Assembly (NCBI GenBank): GCA_973895155.1
Contig: OZ316891.1
Location: 2,099,324 to 2,163,323, forward strand
Source of the DNA: Marsupella aquatica
Taxonomy: Eukaryota > Plantae > Marchantiophyta
DNA length: 64,000 nucleotides
Reading direction: 5' to 3'
Below, in pieces: positions 59,626 to 64,000 of this stretch (position 1 is the stretch's first letter; every line of letters begins with the position of its first letter). Under the pieces are notes generated by a model. The model was not told the origin of the DNA. It ran no database searches and worked only from the letters and a program-made list of their open reading frames with translations. A program made the translations under genes and the position numbers.

Positions 59626-62600
59626 TTTACGGGGTGACATGGAATTTTGACAAAATTTTCAGATTTACAGAAGTCTCTAACTGGATCCGTAACAAGAAGG
59701 GTTCTTTATATAAAAAATACCAAACAAGATTATATGCGTTTGAGACAAGTAGAAACAAATAGTTAGACCTTGTAATTATACAAACAATGGAAAACTAAAA
59801 AGTAACTTTTCAAATAAACAAAGAAAGGGGTGTCTGAAACGAAAATAACCTTTGGATGGATTGTTTTCCTGTAGATTGTATGAGTTTTCCATTTAATTAT
59901 CAATTTTTGGAATAACCATGGGTAGAAAGAAATGCTTCAACTACTGTAACATTTACCAAGGTAACGGCATAAACCCCATCGGCTACTATGGACAAAATAA
60001 CACCAAGGGAACATAAGAAACCCTTCTGCTTCTATAACACATTTTGCATGACCTCTATGGACCTAGGAGTACCAAGGGAAGTTGTGCATGGACTACTATC
60101 ATCAAATATCTACTTTTTTTTTCTCTCATCTCCATATTCAAAGCTATTCAGTATGCAATTTTTCATGTGCTCTAACTTAGTTGTTGAATAACATTAAACT
60201 TAAATAACCATTGTTGAATAATATCATACTTAAATAACCAAGGGGTACTCGAACTAATTGTGGGTTCACTTAGACATCACACATATCTAGAAATAAAGTA
60301 TGATGTGTCTAAGTGCAGGCTCCAGGAGCAGACAACCCAAGCCGGCACTTATGCATGTGTGCACACTATATTATAGTACATAGTACATGGAATATAATTT
60401 AGGCACATTTCCATACTTGCAGGCTGCACTATCCGATAAGTGCATGGAAATTGATTATCCATTTCCTCGCATGCAGTCAAGTCATCCACATGGGACTTCT
60501 CAAACGGCAAACCCTCAGGCTGCACAATAGACCTGCTTAAGTGCATACTCACTCTTGTAACCAAAATCTACTTATGTATTACTTATATAGTGACATCCAC
60601 CTACACTTACAAAAGGTTCATTTTTTGGTGCATTTAGAAAAGAAAGTGTTGCAATATTAGGGGACTACATGACGGGTCTACAATTACTCACAGAATGCAA
60701 TGATACACAGTGCACTTATGCACGAAAGACTCTAATGTGAAAAATACACATCATCCACAAGTTCTTTAGTGATTGGATGTTATAAATCTAAGGATTCTCA
60801 TTCGTCTGGTAAACACTTGTGCGACTTTTCTGTTGAAAACGTCCTTTATAAATTTGAGCAACTGAACAAGACGAATTTTCTTTGGGTCCATATGAAGCAT
60901 CACTATGGCTTTGATACTACCAAAGATCCATTCAAGAGATCCTCATTAGCCACAAGATGTGCTACACGTGTTTCTCCAGGGATGGGCATCTGGGGTGTAC
61001 GCACGGCCCATGAATCTCAGCCGTTGATTGCATGCTGCTCTCATATCTTGGGGATTTGATTTTTCTGTATTGTTTTTTCTGCTCACCTGCTCACTGTTGA
61101 AAAGGTCTCCGTGAAACCCTACGAGATAATTATACTCCCTTTTCCGGTTCTTTTGTTAATGATATATACTCCCTGTTTTTCCTTCACATGCTAACCTTTT
61201 CTCAGCAGAAAAAAGCATTATGTGGCTTTTGGTTTTTCTTGCTGGGGAGGATAACTCAGAAGTACAGGTTAACAATGTACCGTGATTCGGGCCGTGATTT
61301 TGTTGATTATTTCTGGACACCTTTGATAGGGTTGCTTCCCACAAGTGATACTCACCAATCACCCATCTGCAAAGGGTGTCAAACAAAAAATAAATTGATG
61401 GGGCCTTAATTTAGTAGTTAAGATTATGGATAGAAAAAATTATGGACTACCAAATTCATGATCCATTAACTTTGTACCATAAAGATTGGTCATATACCAT
61501 GACCATATGTCACTGAAGAGGCTAGCGAAAAAAAACCAAAAGAAAAATTACAAAACCCTGTGAAACTGCTATGGCCATTTGTTTGTGGCTAAAAGCCATC
61601 ATACTTAACTATGAAGCTTTGAGTCACCCTGATGTCAAAGAATCCATATGTTCTCACAACATCTCCATGGAGTTCATAGTTCCTAACAAGGACAACTCTA
61701 GGGTTCACCTGTGCCTTGTCTCACCAAAGTAAACTAGAGATACTTTTTGTTCTGAAGGTAGACTCCCTAAGAGAAACGTATGGAAATGATGAGTAAATGG
61801 AAAACCCTTGAATGAAGGAGCCTCTGTTTGTAAATGTCTGGACCACCCTGAGGTCTACAATTTTAGAAAAAATAAGTCACTCATTTGCATTTGCTTAAGC
61901 CCATTACTTGCCATGTAGGATCAATAGACACGTGGCCCCAATTTTTGTGAAGCCAACTGCAACAATTCTCACTCATTGGACACTTCTGATTTAATTTCAG
62001 AGAGAATAAAAAGAAGAAAAGGAGCCCCATGTTTTGTAACGCCACCCTACTCTATCAATGATCACACCCACCGTCTCCACGTTTGCTCCCCCACCTTCAC
62101 TAAAGAAACTTATGCTTAAATGACCCCTGGACATGTTGGATTATGTTCAGAGGTTAGTACCTTGCAACAAGAGAGTCTTCCAATCAAACCCTTGTTGGTG
62201 TTCTTCATCCAAAATGCCCCTACGGACTGGGTTGTTGGGATTGACATCCACCAGCAACCAATAGAATATCGCTCTGCAAATCTTCCTAAACAATGATGAT
62301 ACTTTTGGGGGTCCACAGTCTAGAGTGAAGCCTCGAGAGTGTAACTTTGTGCCAGCACTGAAGTTGGGGTGGGAGTGGAAAATTAGTGGCTTGAATGCAG
62401 TCCTCACTCGACTAGTCGACTGACGTTCAAAGAAGGGGCGCTAAGCCTACTGTAGTTTATAGTAATCTTGGAAATTGTGTTCAAGGTCAGAGTAAACTTT
62501 ACTTTGACTCCTGAATTGAGGCCTCCCTAGAGTCCCAATACAGCCACGTCTATCCATCTATCTACACAATTTGTTCATTGTGATTGAAACCTAATATATT

Positions 62601-64000
62601 TGTCGTCTATCTATCCAGTCCTTAATAGAGTCTTTATTAGTTTGCACTGTGGTCCGTGTGGAGTGAATGTGGATCCCTTTTTAGCACATGACCCTCATAC
62701 TCTACAATGCTACGGGACCACACCAACAAGTACAAGCTACCAACCAATGCTTCAACCCTAAAGCACCCCCACAAGAGTCTAGTCTAAGACAGGATATGTG
62801 CTGGAATGTGCTGTGGTAGTTTCCTTTGCTGTTAACGACTCGGACCGAATCATCATCTGAGAGGCCAATTTTTAAAATATTCTAGGTTCCTACCCATGGA
62901 TAGCTTGGCTTACTACTAGGGGACTAATGAACGGTAACTACTGTACCTATATCTTGGCTATCTGGCTATTTTGGCAGTATTTAGTCTGTGCTAATAAGTA
63001 GCCACAGACTCTTATTGGTCCTAATCTTGTGCCAAGTGCCACTATTTACTGCCACATTCAGATACAAGAGTATGACACTACCTGACGGATGGTGTAGTGA
63101 GTGTCACTCAAAGTCGTTGTAGTCACTTCAAAAATATAGAATATAAAAAGTTGTTGTCACTTGCAACATAACTCTGGCGACACAAATAGATTTTGGGAGA
63201 CACTAACCATACTGTAAAGAGTATACTTTATTCTTGGCATTTGGATTTAGTGAAATCATTACCCACTCAACGAAATCAGACAAGATTGCAGTACTTTACT
63301 TAGGCCTTAGGGACATCAAATTTTATCTTTTGTATATTGCTTGATTTTATGGTTTGTTGCATCTTTATGAAAATTAGAGCCAGCTCTAAACTTGTCCTTC
63401 TCTCTTCCTCTGTTCCTCAGGATATGTTCGTTAAAGGGAAACTTTTTGCATGCTCGGGATATGGGTTTGTCCTTTCCCCTGTTGGTATCTTTTGGCACTA
63501 GCGTCCTTGGCTCATTTTATTTAGCTCCCTTCACCAAAGCTTTTCGTCCTCTTCCCAAGCCAAAAGTAGGCCCGAAAGTAGGTGACTAAACTTGTGTTTT
63601 CACGACCATACATTGCACAAAGTAGTCACTACAGAAAATTCTCAAAAGAAACATTGCACTTTGTTTGGCCCTTTCTGTAAAACTTTTGTCCGCTTTTTGG
63701 TTGCACTTGGAAAGAAAAACAAGGACGTTATATTTACAAATAGGGCCAAACAAAGTACAATGAAAGGACATCGAAAAGGGGTCCAAAGGGGACAAATACG
63801 AAACTCAAAATAAGTGAGCAAAAGGAAACCCCAAAACACTAGAAAATTAAGAGGAAAAGAAAGGATATTTGAAAGAAGGCATGAGTTGAAGATAGAGAGG
63901 AGAAGTCAATTTTGCACGAAGGGGAGTCAGAGACAACAGGAGTAACATAGAGACGAAAGGTGAAACTAGCATGGACAAGGGCAAAAGGGGTCATCCAATA

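Noticed and set aside
60268-60316. Hairpin CACTTAGACA...TGTCTAAGTG
   Set aside because: An isolated 10-bp stem with no TSD or further context; too weak to call a MITE.

Overview
Eukaryotic nuclear DNA from a land plant (GT-AG introns, plant-specific genes; a non-seed plant such as a bryophyte is my inference, not shown). The first ~36 kb holds six spliced genes that I could assemble by hand: MTV1/tepsin-like (-), a divergent CDCA7-like zf-4CXXC_R1 protein (+), a DUF309 protein (-), RAF2/PCD-like (+), a TolB/PD40 beta-propeller protein (-) and 14-exon UTP15/SWA1 (+). Intron 1 of UTP15 carries two tandem box C/D snoRNAs with a U54/SNORD54-type 18S guide. The last ~28 kb is mostly transposon-derived: a decayed CRE-like RLE non-LTR fragment, a broken ~3.3 kb TE-type ORF, a very young full-length Ty1/copia element (457-bp LTRs, GTTTC TSD, Met-tRNA PBS, in-frame TGA between gag and pol) and several tandem arrays, one made of ~86-bp units with two hairpins each. 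No prokaryotic system or CRISPR array is present. Family assignments come from recalled motifs, not database searches.
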